Part shown: positions 49,801 to 59,719 of the stretch, piece after piece
How the letters are laid out: the number at the start of each line of letters is the position of its first letter
Numbering within the stretch: the stretch's first letter is position 1
Assembly: GCA_041690135.1 (NCBI GenBank)
Contig: JAWLHY010000002.1
Location: 752,342 to 816,341 of the forward strand
DNA length: 64,000 nt
Origin: Armatimonadota bacterium
GTDB taxonomy: Bacteria > Armatimonadota > SYMT01
Direction of reading: 5' to 3'
Position numbers and translations under genes: made by a program
The notes under the pieces: generated by a model
Database searches by the model: none
The model's input: the letters and a program-made list of their open reading frames with translations, nothing else
What the model was told of the DNA's origin: nothing

Positions 49801-51874
49801 CACCTGGACGACGGCCGTGCGCCACCTGAACGACATGGGCCGGTACGACCAGGCGCTTCAGCTCGGGCACCAGGCGACGCAGCGGTTCCCAATGGTGCCC
49901 AACGTCTGGCTGGAGCTGGCCCTGGTCTACTCTGCGCGTCTCGACCGCGAGAACGAGCGGAAGGCCCTGCAGCAGGCCCTGATGCTCCGTCCCGGTTGGG
50001 GATCGGCCGTCCGTCAACTCTGCCAGTCCTACGAACGCGCGGGCGAGTTCCGGGAGTCGGAGGCGCTGCTGGAAGCGACCATCAACCGGGATCCCCTGGA
50101 CGCGCTAAGTCACGGCTGGTACGCGGACGTGTTGTGGAAGACCGGCCGCAAGGAAGAGGCGATTGCCCGGGTAAAACACGCCCTCACGCTCGACCCGGAC
50201 TACGGTTGGGCGTGGAACTCGCTGCGCGAGTGGACCGAGGAGTTGCAGCGGCCGCAAGAGGCGATCGAGCTGGCCCGCGACCTGACCCGGCGCCGACCGG
50301 GCAACCCGGAGTCGTGGATGATGCTGGCGCGCGTGCTGACCGACGAGCGCGACGCGGAGGAGCGGCTGGCCGCCTACAACCAGGCGATCGAGCTCAACCC
50401 CCGTTACTACGATGCCTACGACGAACGCGCCGAGTGCCTGGCGGGCATGGACCGCCTGGACGAAGCGGTCGCCTCCTGCTTCCCTCCGGGGATGACACAC
50501 CCACCCTTGGAGCTCCGGGCGCGCGCGGCGTGGCTCGAAGCCCCGCGTGGTAACGTCGAAGGCGCCATCCAGCAGATGCGCGCGATCGTCCAGGAGTCGC
50601 CCAACTACGTCTGGGGGTGGGCGCAACTGGCCCGCTGGTACGACGCCCTGGGTCGCAATGCGGAGTACGCCCAGGCTGCCGGTGAGCTGGTCCGGATCAA
50701 CCCGCAGGATACCGTCGGGCACCTGATGCTGGGTGAGGCCCGGATGCAGGCGGGAGACCGCTATGGGGCCAAGGCCGCCTACCATCACGCGCTCTCGCTC
50801 CAGCCGGACAACGAGTATGCGGGCCTCTCCCTCTTCATGATGCAGCTGGAAGATAACGAGCTGCTGGCTGCCGCCCACACGCTCCAGACGCTCCGCCAGC
50901 GGACCAACAGCGAGTGGATCATTTTCCGGGGCGTGCAACTCGCGGCCCGCCAGAATGATCCCGGCACCGCGCTGGAACGGTTCCGCGAGCTCTGCTTCTA
51001 CCCCCTGGAAGAGGACGGCCTTCTTCCCGCCGCGGCCGAGATGCTCAAAGAGGCGCAGTGGGGCGACTGGGTGGACCAGACCTACCAGTGGGCCCTCAGC
51101 CAGCCCGGCGTGCATCCGCGGGTGGCGGAGTTGTGGGTGGAAGCCTGTATCGCCCGCAACGACTGGAGCTGCGAGCAGCACCTCCCTTCGCTGGTGGCGC
51201 TGGGTCCCGTTGGCGCGTGCGCTTATGGGGCGTTCGTGGAGGCGCTGGCGGACCAGAAGAGCTTCGACCGGGCCCGCCAGTTCATCCACCACCACCGGGA
51301 GATCCTGCGCAGCCACAACCGGAGCTGGGCCAAGGTCGCCTACGCTTACTCGGAGATGGAAGATTACCCCACCGTGGTCAACTGGATGGCCGATTGGCAG
51401 CAGCGGGAGGGGATCCGTGCCTGGATGGTGGTGAATCTCACCCTCGCCCTGCGCTCCCTGAACCGCGACAAGGACGCCGCCTTCGTGAGCCGCAAGGTCC
51501 TGGAGTCGGACGAGAGCAGTACCGCCGCCCAGATCCAATCGCTGTGGCTGGCCCTCGATGCCGCTCTGGAAGGCCGGCGCGATGAGCTGTTACTGGAGTT
51601 GGCCAGGGTGGACCCGGACGACCTGCCGCCCTACTACGCGTTCCTCTACCTGATCGCCCGCGCGATCCGGGAAGTGGCGGCGGCCGGGCCCGCGGAGAAG
51701 AGCAGCGCCTTCGGAGAAGCCAAGCGCCTGATCGACCTGGCACGGAACGCCTACCCACCGTTCAAATCCGACGTTCTCCTCAAGCGCTACTTCCCGCTCG
51801 CCGTCAAGCGCGTCGCCGCCGAAGCCGGCGGTTTCGGCGCCACCGCCTGGCAAGCCTCCCAATTGATCCGGTAA
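46898..51874 (+). CDS. Large TPR protein with embedded C39-like peptidase domain
   Basis: VRQHHMTCAPATLSAL, AHLQACVGYD..RG..LIRDP; extensive TPRs. Confidence 0.85.
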   Translation: MQVDSSALAEMRGLYEQGLCLQAYTVTQRFGPFQEWEGADAQALAGRLAANLGAPRLQQWLHLKAWRSDRGHFEARYYLTRTALERRGPLGAWKLLRRFGDLSGASPQLRSDWLAFAGYVAGRLRDFDTAEYWHGQALALCPENPWIYVERASLLEAQDRYDEALASARRALELRPWYRPGVQSLAHLLQLRERDQEALELLTEASRRVESGPLVAQLVLLQSELGLYREAWDTLDRFVELCPLMEKEFQQWLGSQRSELAYLLGDHETAIREAEALAEVSPFHKEVAQRMAATGPDDRRVLHPVGFVRQHHMTCAPATLSALSRFWDRSADHLALVEEICYDGTPAHSERSWAENNGWIAREFRVTWESAKALLDRGAPFTLTTVQTANAHLQACVGYDARRGTFLIRDPYMREVGEFLVDNLLEQHRSSGPRGMTLVPQEQAHLLEGIELPDAEQYNHFHRLQAALQKHDRATAHASFEALRALDPEHLLTLQAERSLAAYDANSVELLACMEKLVASYPEDQNFQLCRLSLMREHATREERLQALKEICDREESDPHFWQQYAQELGLDARQQEEAIRLLRRALRYRPLDASVYFILANTLWDQRKWDEALELYRFAACLDDKDEQFSRGYFNAARHLNRVQHALQFLEGRYKRFGARSGHPTRTLFWALTELDHTPRAFEILEEALRARPNDDELILFAVEAYGRHGRYDRAQQLLSAAHGKTSEMAWLRSAGGLALLKGDHPVALSLWRQVLERDPLAIEAHRNVARLLAQMEGPEAAKRHYAAVTQRFPHNYLLFQAWEEWLRDDDPVGAEALLRQVLRINPADAWSHRELALALAEQRRFDEAMAAARDAYQLAPSEPACYAVLGEICLKQGQSERARSAHREALRLSVDNGYAIARLIECCDNPAEQRAELQFIEGELTRQALFGEGLVAYRHVARDVLTPDELLASVWRALQSRPDVWHTWTTAVRHLNDMGRYDQALQLGHQATQRFPMVPNVWLELALVYSARLDRENERKALQQALMLRPGWGSAVRQLCQSYERAGEFRESEALLEATINRDPLDALSHGWYADVLWKTGRKEEAIARVKHALTLDPDYGWAWNSLREWTEELQRPQEAIELARDLTRRRPGNPESWMMLARVLTDERDAEERLAAYNQAIELNPRYYDAYDERAECLAGMDRLDEAVASCFPPGMTHPPLELRARAAWLEAPRGNVEGAIQQMRAIVQESPNYVWGWAQLARWYDALGRNAEYAQAAGELVRINPQDTVGHLMLGEARMQAGDRYGAKAAYHHALSLQPDNEYAGLSLFMMQLEDNELLAAAHTLQTLRQRTNSEWIIFRGVQLAARQNDPGTALERFRELCFYPLEEDGLLPAAAEMLKEAQWGDWVDQTYQWALSQPGVHPRVAELWVEACIARNDWSCEQHLPSLVALGPVGACAYGAFVEALADQKSFDRARQFIHHHREILRSHNRSWAKVAYAYSEMEDYPTVVNWMADWQQREGIRAWMVVNLTLALRSLNRDKDAAFVSRKVLESDESSTAAQIQSLWLALDAALEGRRDELLLELARVDPDDLPPYYAFLYLIARAIREVAAAGPAEKSSAFGEAKRLIDLARNAYPPFKSDVLLKRYFPLAVKRVAAEAGGFGATAWQASQLIR

Positions 51875-51884
51875 TGGGTATGTC

Positions 51885-53012
51885 TTACGCCCCCGTCTCC
51901 TGCAGCAACACGCCTGGATCAACATACGGCAGCCCGAATAGATCGGCCAGCGGTTCAAACGTGAGCTGACCATCCGCCAGGTTGAGGCCCTTGCAGAGGG
52001 CCAGGTCCTCGCGCAGAGCGCGGCGCCAGCCCTTGTCGGCGAGCCGTTTGAGGTAGGGCAGAGTCACATTGGTGAGGGCGTAGGTGCTCGTGCCGGCCAC
52101 GGCCCCGGGCATGTTCGCCACGCCGTAGTGGACGATGCCATCCACCAGGTAGGTGGGATTGCTGTGCGTGGTGGGACGGATCGTCTCCACGCAGCCTCCC
52201 TGGTCGACCGCCACGTCCACGATCACGGCGCCCGGCTTCATCAACCCCAACATTTCGCGAGTCACCAGGACCGGCGCGCGGTCGCCACGGATCAACACCG
52301 CGCCGATCAGCAGGTCCGCCTCTCGGAGCATCCGCCGGATGTTGACGGCGTTGGAGTAGAGCGTGAAGACGTTCTGCGGCATCACGTCGTCCAGGTACCG
52401 CAGGCGGTCCAGGTTCACGTCGAGGATCGTCACCAGGGCGCCGATGCCCGCCGCGATCTTGGCCGCGTTCAGGCCCACCACGCCGCCGCCCAGGATGACG
52501 ATGTTCGCGGGTGGTACGCCGGGGACGCCCGAAAGAAGGATGCCACGCCCTTCCTCTGGGCCCTCCAGGTACTTGGCGCCTTCCTGGATCGCCATGCGCC
52601 CGGCCACTTCGCTCATCGGCGTGAGGAGCGGCAGCGAGCCGTCCACCTCCTGGATGGTCTCGTAGGCGATACAGGTGCAGCCCTTTTCCAGCAGCGTGCG
52701 GGTCAGCACCTCACTGGCGGCGAAGTGGAAGTAGGTGAACAGCACGTGATCCGGCCGGATGAGCGGAAACTCCGCGTCCAGCGGCTCCTTCACCTTGACG
52801 ATGAGGTGGCTCCGCTGCCAGACCTCTTCCGCCGTTGCCACGATCTCCGCGCCGTGATCGGCATACTCCTCGTCCGAGATGCTCGTCCCCAGCCCGGCGC
52901 CGGCCTCCACGAACACGCGGTGCCCGGCCTGGGTCAGCACCTCCACCCCGGCCGGCACCAGCGAAACGCGGTACTCGTCCGCCTTGATCTCCTTCGGCAC
53001 CCCAATCAGCAT
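51885..53012 (-). CDS. ald: Alanine dehydrogenase
   Basis: IGVPKEIK..EYRV, KVKEP, LPLLTPMSEVAGR, GGGVVG, DVAVDQGGC.ET, VANMPGAV. Confidence 0.97.
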   Translation of the reverse strand: MLIGVPKEIKADEYRVSLVPAGVEVLTQAGHRVFVEAGAGLGTSISDEEYADHGAEIVATAEEVWQRSHLIVKVKEPLDAEFPLIRPDHVLFTYFHFAASEVLTRTLLEKGCTCIAYETIQEVDGSLPLLTPMSEVAGRMAIQEGAKYLEGPEEGRGILLSGVPGVPPANIVILGGGVVGLNAAKIAAGIGALVTILDVNLDRLRYLDDVMPQNVFTLYSNAVNIRRMLREADLLIGAVLIRGDRAPVLVTREMLGLMKPGAVIVDVAVDQGGCVETIRPTTHSNPTYLVDGIVHYGVANMPGAVAGTSTYALTNVTLPYLKRLADKGWRRALREDLALCKGLNLADGQLTFEPLADLFGLPYVDPGVLLQETGA

Positions 53013-53037
53013 CCATTGCCTCCTTCGAAAGGGAGAC

Positions 53038-53244
53038 TCACCGCAGAGACGCAGAGGACGCGGAGAGGGAAAGCGAGAGAAGAACTCTTGCAGGCGAAAA
53101 GCGCACTACAGTCAGGTTGCCTACTCCTGCAACTCCAATCGTTCTTTGCAGCGGAGCCGCTTACCTCAACCCGGCTTCGGCCCTCTGATCCTCGTTTCCC
53201 TCTTCCTCTGCGCTGCCTCTGCGCCCTCTGCGTCTCTGCGGTGA
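53038..53244. repeat. Long inverted repeat (REP/MITE-like)
   Basis: Perfect 20-bp IR TCACCGCAGAGACGCAGAGG (53038-53057) / CCTCTGCGTCTCTGCGGTGA (53225-53244). Confidence 0.8.
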
Positions 53245-53269
53245 ATGCAGGTTCCCCCCAGAGGATACC

Positions 53270-54763
53270 CTAGAGTTCGGACGGGGCGCAGCAGTTGTGG
53301 ATGAGGACGGGGTCACGGGCGGCGGCGACTTCGTTCAGGCGGGAGACCGGGGTAGCGTGCGGCGCGCTCTGGATCGCCTCCAGGTTCGTCCGGGCCTCTT
53401 CCGCGATCTGGTTCATGGCGGCCGCGAACTCCTCGAGCGTTTCGGGGGTCTCCGTCTCCGTCGGCTCGATCATCATCGCTTCCTTCACGATCAGCGGGAA
53501 GTAGATCGTGGGCGGATAGAAGCCGAAGTCCATCAGCCGTTTCGCGATGTCCAGGGCGGAGGCGCCGAGGGCCTTCTGGCGATCCGCTGAGAGCACGAAC
53601 TCGTGCATGCAGCGCGTGCCGTTCGGGAAGTTGAACTGCTCCGCCAGCAGGTGCGCCAGGTAGTTCGCGTTAAGGACGGCGGTCTCCGAGACGGCGCGCA
53701 GCCCCTCCGCGCCCTGGCTGCGGATGTAGGCATACGCCCGGGCGGAGATGCCGAAATTGCCGTAGAAGCCGTGTACCTTGCCGATGGAGAGCGGCCGGTC
53801 CTCATCCCAGAGGTAGGTGTCGTCCGCGCGCACCACCACCGGGCTGGGGAGGAACGGCGCCAGGAACTCCTTCACCGCCACCGGGCCGGACCCGGGCCCG
53901 CCGCCGCCGTGCGGGGTGGACATGGTCTTGTGCAGGTTGTAATGCATCACGTCGAAGCCCATGTCTCCCGGCCGGGTGACGCCCAGGATGGCGTTCATGT
54001 TGGCGCCGTCCATGTAGAGGAGCCCGCCCGCGTCGTGGACGATCTGGGAGATCTCCAGGATCTCATCCTCGAACAGCCCCAGCGTGTTCGGGTTCGTGAG
54101 CATAATGCCCGCGGTCCGTTCGTTGACTGCCGCCTTCAGCGCCTCCAGGTCAACGCGCCCCTCGGCGTTCGACTTGATGGAGACGGTCTTGAACCCGCAG
54201 CGGGCGGAGGTGGCGGGATTGGTCCCGTGGGAAGAGTCCGGCACGATCACCGTGTCGCGCGCCGTGTCGCCCCGGTGGCGGTGATAGGCGCGGATGATCA
54301 GCAGACCGGTAAACTCCCCGGCGGCGCCCGCGGCGGGCTGGAGGGTGGCGGCGTCCATCCCCCCGATCTGGCAGAGGAGCCGCTCCAGCGCCCACATCAG
54401 CGCCAGTTCGCCCTGGACCTGCTCCACCGGTTGATAGGGGTGGCACTCCGCGATGCCGGGGTAGCGGACCACCTCTTCATTGATCTTGGGGTTGTACTTC
54501 ATCGTACACGAGCCGAGGGGATAGAAGCCCGTGTCGATGGAGTGGTTCCGCTGGCTGAGCTTCACGAAGTGGCGGATCACCTGAAGCTCCGCCACTTCCG
54601 GCAGCGGGAGGTCCTTCCGGAGAGCCACTCCCGGCAGCAGGTCCGCGGCCTCGCGGGCCGGAACGTCCAGCGCCGGCAGCGCATAGCCTTTCCGGCCCGG
54701 TACGGACAATTCATACAGCAGCGGCTCGGTGGGCCGGCGGGTATCCGATGTCAACTCAGCCAT
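53270..54763 (-). CDS. gcvPB: Glycine dehydrogenase subunit 2
   Basis: [49 protein letters not shown]. Confidence 0.97.
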   Translation of the reverse strand: MAELTSDTRRPTEPLLYELSVPGRKGYALPALDVPAREAADLLPGVALRKDLPLPEVAELQVIRHFVKLSQRNHSIDTGFYPLGSCTMKYNPKINEEVVRYPGIAECHPYQPVEQVQGELALMWALERLLCQIGGMDAATLQPAAGAAGEFTGLLIIRAYHRHRGDTARDTVIVPDSSHGTNPATSARCGFKTVSIKSNAEGRVDLEALKAAVNERTAGIMLTNPNTLGLFEDEILEISQIVHDAGGLLYMDGANMNAILGVTRPGDMGFDVMHYNLHKTMSTPHGGGGPGSGPVAVKEFLAPFLPSPVVVRADDTYLWDEDRPLSIGKVHGFYGNFGISARAYAYIRSQGAEGLRAVSETAVLNANYLAHLLAEQFNFPNGTRCMHEFVLSADRQKALGASALDIAKRLMDFGFYPPTIYFPLIVKEAMMIEPTETETPETLEEFAAAMNQIAEEARTNLEAIQSAPHATPVSRLNEVAAARDPVLIHNCCAPSEL

Positions 54764-54817
54764 GGTTCAATCTTCCTGAAGGGGTCTTAACCACCTATCA
54801 AAGTTATTGCCGTGGAT

Positions 54818-56428
54818 CTACGGGATCTGGATCCAGCAGATCTTCTCCGGGTCCATCCGGTGCAGCGTGGCCCACTTGCGCAGCGCGAGCGAGATCATCT
54901 CGCGGTCGTGTTCCGTTTCCACTTTCCAATCCACAAAGGGCCAGTTCGGGGGCTGGTTTCCGGAATAGCCGTTCACCGTCGGCTTTCCGGTCCGCAACTG
55001 GACCCACATCGCCAGTATATTGTACTCGCCCGTTGACCCTTCCCGCGGCGTGAGGAAGAACGCCTCACAGTCCGCGGGAACCTGGTCCGCCAGGCGCTGG
55101 ATTTCCGCCCGCGCCTCGATCTTATCGTAGGAGGGGATCCCGCGGCCCTGCTCCAGCACCACCAGCAGCGCCAGCACCGGCAGGAGCCACCCCACTCGCC
55201 CCTGCAAACGTTTCTGGAAGAAGAGCGCGAGCCCCACGGACGCGGGGAAGAGCATGATCAGCCCGATCCGCGACATGATGCGGACCGCATACGCTCCCGG
55301 CACATAGTAGAAGTGGTATGCGGTGAGGATCATCGCGCTGGAGAGCACCAGCATGTAGAGGATGAGGCTGCCCGCGGTGAGGCCCAATAGCCGAACCGAG
55401 CTCTGCTGGCGATGCTCCACCAGGCCCCACACCACCAGCACCAGGGTCACCAGCCCGATCCCCACCACCTGTTCGTGCGGGAACTCCAGGCGGGTGAAGA
55501 ACGGCGCGGAAGCCGTCCACCCATATAGCCAGCTCGTCTCTCCCATGTACAGCCACGTTTGCCAGCGCGGCATCGTGTTGTAGGCGTCGATGAACAGCCG
55601 GCTGCGCACCTCGCCCGCCGCCGCCATGTAGTGGTTCAGCATCGGCAGGAGCAGCCACGCGCTCACGGTCATCGAGAGTAGCGTGGGGATCAAGTACTCG
55701 CGCAGGGTGGAAAAGAGGCGCTGCCGGTATCCGCGAAGGATCACCGCCCAGAGCGCCGCCACGCCGACGCAGAACACCAGGAACCATCCCTGGTAGAAGC
55801 CGGCGTAGAGCTGCGCCGTAGCGCTGAGAAAGAAGATCGCGATCCAGGTGGTGACCCGCGTGCGGTTTTGCTTCTCCGGCGCCACCTGAAAGATCTCGAA
55901 GAGCGCGTAGAAGGCGAGCAGGGTGTAGAACTGCGGCACCAGTTGCTGATGGCCGATCTGCGCCAGCCGTGGGGAACCGAACGCAAACAGGAACGCCCCG
56001 AGCGAGCCGGCCACCGCGGACAGGTCGAACCACCGGCGGAGCAAGAGATAAGCCCCGGCGAAGTTCAGGATCGCCACGGTGAAGAGCCAGAGCTGGAATG
56101 AGGTATCCGGCGCCGCCCCCAGGAACCGCCAGATCCAGTAGAACGGCCCGACCGTCAGCAGGATGTCCGAATAGGCGGCGGTGTTCGGATGCGGGTAGAA
56201 GATGGGCGGGCTCCAGAAGTCGCGGTGCAGCGCCGCGCCCCGGAGCCACTGGTAGCCGTGCTCCAGCACGTAGTTGTTGAAAGGGGTATCCCGGAGATCG
56301 GTCTCCACGCGCCGGAAGCCGGAGAGCACCATCGGGTAGTACGCCCAGAACAGCCCCACCAGGCACGCCACCACCGGTATCCCCAGCGAACTGACCAGGC
56401 GCGGTAACTGCGAACGGTTGGTGCTCAC
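54818..56428 (-). CDS. Multi-pass membrane protein (YfhO/GT-C glycosyltransferase-like)
   Basis: Many TM helices; P.FYP..NT.AYSD and P.VNGYSG..P motifs; GTGA overlap with upstream stop. Confidence 0.7.
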   Translation of the reverse strand: MSTNRSQLPRLVSSLGIPVVACLVGLFWAYYPMVLSGFRRVETDLRDTPFNNYVLEHGYQWLRGAALHRDFWSPPIFYPHPNTAAYSDILLTVGPFYWIWRFLGAAPDTSFQLWLFTVAILNFAGAYLLLRRWFDLSAVAGSLGAFLFAFGSPRLAQIGHQQLVPQFYTLLAFYALFEIFQVAPEKQNRTRVTTWIAIFFLSATAQLYAGFYQGWFLVFCVGVAALWAVILRGYRQRLFSTLREYLIPTLLSMTVSAWLLLPMLNHYMAAAGEVRSRLFIDAYNTMPRWQTWLYMGETSWLYGWTASAPFFTRLEFPHEQVVGIGLVTLVLVVWGLVEHRQQSSVRLLGLTAGSLILYMLVLSSAMILTAYHFYYVPGAYAVRIMSRIGLIMLFPASVGLALFFQKRLQGRVGWLLPVLALLVVLEQGRGIPSYDKIEARAEIQRLADQVPADCEAFFLTPREGSTGEYNILAMWVQLRTGKPTVNGYSGNQPPNWPFVDWKVETEHDREMISLALRKWATLHRMDPEKICWIQIP

Positions 56429-57048
56429 TCGCCAGGTACTCCGTCTGCGGACTGACCACTCAACGTGAGCAGAAGCCGACTGACTTCGCGGAAGCACTTG
56501 TCGAAGGAGTCGGCACTCCGCGCCATTTGAAGGTCGAACCGAGCCGTGAGTGCGGGCTGGTCCAGCGTCTCGGAATACCTCCGGCTCTTCCCCATCTGCT
56601 TTCCGAGCCAGTCCTTGGCTCCCTGTATCCCCTCCGGATCGGAGGGCGGCTTGAGTTCGGCAGGTAGGCCGCGTTGACCCGCAATGGAATCGGCGGCGGC
56701 CAGAAACCAGGCCTCGTATTCGTGCCTGGCCAGAACGACGGCAATTGGGAGGTCGCCACGTGTCGTCCGGGCGCGGCGCAGCAACTCCGGGCCCAGTGTC
56801 GCCGGACAGGCATCGTCGCTATCCAGAAGGATGAAAATGCCGCCCTCACCGGCGACCTTCCGGCCGGAGAATTCGACGGCTCGTTCCAATTCGCCGGACT
56901 TCACCACCCGATCACGGCTAACGCGAAGCGGCGGGGATATGTCCAGGAATAAGCCTGGGACCACCATCTCCCCGATACGGCGCAGTAGAATGGGCACCGC
57001 CTCGACTTCGCCGTGGCCTTCGACGATGCAGGCAATCTTCACGCGCAC
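56425..57048 (-). CDS. DUF4276 family protein (TOPRIM-like)
   Basis: IVEGHGE..AVP.L, LLDSDD.C, EYEAWFLA, Y.ETLDQ. Confidence 0.8.
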   Translation of the reverse strand: MRVKIACIVEGHGEVEAVPILLRRIGEMVVPGLFLDISPPLRVSRDRVVKSGELERAVEFSGRKVAGEGGIFILLDSDDACPATLGPELLRRARTTRGDLPIAVVLARHEYEAWFLAAADSIAGQRGLPAELKPPSDPEGIQGAKDWLGKQMGKSRRYSETLDQPALTARFDLQMARSADSFDKCFREVSRLLLTLSGQSADGVPGE

Positions 57049-58256
57049 GGGGGAGTGTCCTCCGCAAAAAGCCGGAGTTGACTTGCGGACTGGACTTCGG
57101 CCGCAACGGGGTCGGGCTGCAACTGGTTAAGCCGAAGCAGTTCTCCCGCGGTGTAAAGCGAGCTTCGTAACGCCTGTCTTCCTGCCGCGTCAATGGGCCC
57201 AATCCGCGTAACCCCCTGTTCGGAGGTGACGGCGAGGATCGATGCGGGATCCAACTCCGGATCGTCGAGAAGATCCGGGCTGTGGCTCGTAACGAGGACC
57301 TGCCGGGCTTCGGCCGCGTGCCGGAGGCCGTCCCGGAGAACGCCTGCCGCTGCGGGATGGAGTGCCACCTCCGGCTCTTCAATTCCCACCAGAAGAACTC
57401 CGTCGCGGGCTGTGTAGGAAGGTTGGAAAAGGGCCACGAGGATGCCCAGTGCCCGGAGTGTTCCGTCCGACATGCTGGCGGCGAGAAAGCGCCAGGGATT
57501 TGGAGTGCCTTCGAAATCTTGCCGAAACTCCAGCGTTTCCTTCGGCCCGATTTCCCGGGAAACAACCCCTCTCACGCCCGGCACCACTTTGGAAAGAAAC
57601 TCTTCGATGAGCTGTTTTCCTTCCGGGGACTGTGTTTCCAGGCGTGAAAGGACACTTGCCAGGTTCGACCCATCGCGCGTCAGAAGGTCTCCGGCGTCCG
57701 GGGATTGGAGATCTCGAATGCGGTCAGGGTTCAGATTATAGAACCCCATGTGGGTAAAGGCTTCGTAGACCGGACGAAACTCCGGTAGGCCGGAGGCGGC
57801 GACCAGATAGAGCCGGTCCGGTGCCGCGGCAGGTGCTACTTTCACGGAGGTGTGGACGACGGTTCCGTTTTGAACCTCGTAGGAGGCGCGGGTCAGTGGC
57901 TCCGGCCCCACGATCTCGCAGGCTTCCTGCTGTACCTCAAAGCCGCCCTGCGCTCGTGCACCGATCCGAAATGCGTAATACCCCCATTCTCCGGAGGGCA
58001 ACTCAAAATCCAGGCGAATGCCGAAGTGAGTGGGGTGGCCGCTGGATCGCCGTCGCACTTCTTTGATCCCACCCCTATCCCGAAGAGCGTGATCCAGTGA
58101 AGTCCGTAAACCGTCGGCGGTGAACCTCAAAGCATCTAGAAAGTTGCTCTTACCCGACCCGTTCGGTCCCACCAGAAACGTCAAGGGGTGGAGCTCCACC
58201 GAGCAGCCGGCAATGCTCCGATAGTTCTGGATCTTGACGCGACGCAAAAAGGTCAT
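57039..58256 (-). CDS. ABC/AAA_21-type ATPase
   Basis: I.NYRSI, GPNGSGKSN, MSDGTLR, IEEPE..LHP, VTSHSP. Confidence 0.92.
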   Translation of the reverse strand: MTFLRRVKIQNYRSIAGCSVELHPLTFLVGPNGSGKSNFLDALRFTADGLRTSLDHALRDRGGIKEVRRRSSGHPTHFGIRLDFELPSGEWGYYAFRIGARAQGGFEVQQEACEIVGPEPLTRASYEVQNGTVVHTSVKVAPAAAPDRLYLVAASGLPEFRPVYEAFTHMGFYNLNPDRIRDLQSPDAGDLLTRDGSNLASVLSRLETQSPEGKQLIEEFLSKVVPGVRGVVSREIGPKETLEFRQDFEGTPNPWRFLAASMSDGTLRALGILVALFQPSYTARDGVLLVGIEEPEVALHPAAAGVLRDGLRHAAEARQVLVTSHSPDLLDDPELDPASILAVTSEQGVTRIGPIDAAGRQALRSSLYTAGELLRLNQLQPDPVAAEVQSASQLRLFAEDTPPCA

Positions 58257-58307
58257 GGTGGCGGAAGGTTCATGGTGGCGAAAGGATCTTTGGTCCGGGT
58301 CCGCGAC

Positions 58308-59645
58308 CTATGGGGCGGCAATAGCATCCGCAAACTGGTCGATCTCTTCAGCGGTGCGCTTTTCGGTGACGGCCACGAGGAGGCAGTCTTCCAGGTGCGG
58401 GAAGTGCTTCCCGAGGGGATAGCCCGCCAGAATCCCCTGCTGGGCCAGCCGGTCCGCGACGTCCGCGGCGCTGCCCGGGCACTGAAGCACGAACTCGTGG
58501 AAGAAGGGAGCCCGGAAACGCAGCCGGTAGCCGGGAACGCTCGCCAGCTTCTCGGCGGCGTAGTGCGCCTTCTGCAGGCACTGCGATGCCACGTCACGCA
58601 GCCCATGCTTGCCCATGAAGGAGAGGTAAACGGTGGCGGCCAGCATCATCAGGCCCTGGTTGGTACAGATGTTGCTCGTGGCGCGTTCGCGGCGGATGTG
58701 CTGCTCGCGGGTTTGCAGGGTCAGCACGTACCCCCGCCGGCCCTCGCGGTCCTGCGTCTCGGAAACGAGGCGCCCTGGCATCTGGCGGAGATACTTCTTG
58801 CTCGCGGCGAAGTATCCCAGGAGAGGCCCGCCGAAGTTCAGGCCCAGCCCGAGCGGTTGCGCTTCGCCCACCACCACGTCGGTGCCCAGGGCGCCCGGCG
58901 GCTCCAGCAGTCCGAGTGGGATGGGGTTCGCGCCCACCACGCAGAGCGCGCCCGCCCCGTGGGCGAAGTCCACCAGGGTTTTGATGTCCTCCAGGCAGCC
59001 GAAGAAGTTGGGCTGCTGCACGGCGATCACGGCCGTTTCGTTGGAGAGGTGGAGCTGCAGCCACTCGCGGTCGGCCACGCCGGTCTGCGACGGCGCTTCG
59101 ACCACCCGGATTCCCAGCCCTTCCACGTAAGTCCGGGTCACCTGCACCCAGGCGGGATGGACGCCCACCAGCAGCGCCTCGTCGCGGTTGGTCGCACCAC
59201 AGGCCAGGATGATCGCTTCCGCGAATGCGGTGGCCCCGTCGTACATGGAGGCGTTCGCCACGTCCACGCCGGTGAGTCCCGCGATCATGGTCTGGAACTC
59301 GAAGATGGACTGCAGCGTGCCCTGGCTCATCTCCGGCTGGTAGGGGGTATAGGCCGTGTGGAACTCGCCCCGCAGGATGATCGTGGGCACGATGCTCGGC
59401 ACGTAGTGGTCGTAGATGCCGGCCCCCAGGAAGCAAAGCTGCTCGCCCGCGCTGATATTGGCCCCCGCCAATGCCTGGAAATGCTGCCGGAGCTCGAGTT
59501 CGCTCATCGGCGCGGGAATGTCGAGCGGGCGGTCCATCCGGAGCGCCGCGGGAACCTGCTCCTCGAAGAGCTGCTCCACGCGCTCCAGGCCCAGGGCCGC
59601 CAGCATTTGCTGCTTCTGTTCTTCGGTGTGGGGAATGTAGGCCAT
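58308..59645 (-). CDS. gcvPA: Glycine dehydrogenase subunit 1
   Basis: FLGAG.YDH, TAYTPYQPE.SQG.LQ, NASMYDGATA, TREQHIRRERATSNICTN. Confidence 0.97.
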   Translation of the reverse strand: MAYIPHTEEQKQQMLAALGLERVEQLFEEQVPAALRMDRPLDIPAPMSELELRQHFQALAGANISAGEQLCFLGAGIYDHYVPSIVPTIILRGEFHTAYTPYQPEMSQGTLQSIFEFQTMIAGLTGVDVANASMYDGATAFAEAIILACGATNRDEALLVGVHPAWVQVTRTYVEGLGIRVVEAPSQTGVADREWLQLHLSNETAVIAVQQPNFFGCLEDIKTLVDFAHGAGALCVVGANPIPLGLLEPPGALGTDVVVGEAQPLGLGLNFGGPLLGYFAASKKYLRQMPGRLVSETQDREGRRGYVLTLQTREQHIRRERATSNICTNQGLMMLAATVYLSFMGKHGLRDVASQCLQKAHYAAEKLASVPGYRLRFRAPFFHEFVLQCPGSAADVADRLAQQGILAGYPLGKHFPHLEDCLLVAVTEKRTAEEIDQFADAIAAP

Positions 59646-59650
59646 ATTGG

Positions 59651-59710
59651 TTCGGGTATTCGGGTATTCGGGTATTCGGGTGTTCGGGTGTTCGGGTGTT
59701 CGGGTGTTCG
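59651..59710. repeat. Octamer tandem repeat (TTCGGGTR) x7.5
   Basis: TTCGGGTA x3, TTCGGGTG x4, TTCG. Confidence 0.95.
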
Positions 59711-59719
59711 TAAGATTTC

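Noticed and set aside
46892-50017. Long antisense ORFs (also 53603-54790, 58188-59735, 14377-15879)
   Set aside because: Shadow frames of real high-GC genes with no protein motifs.
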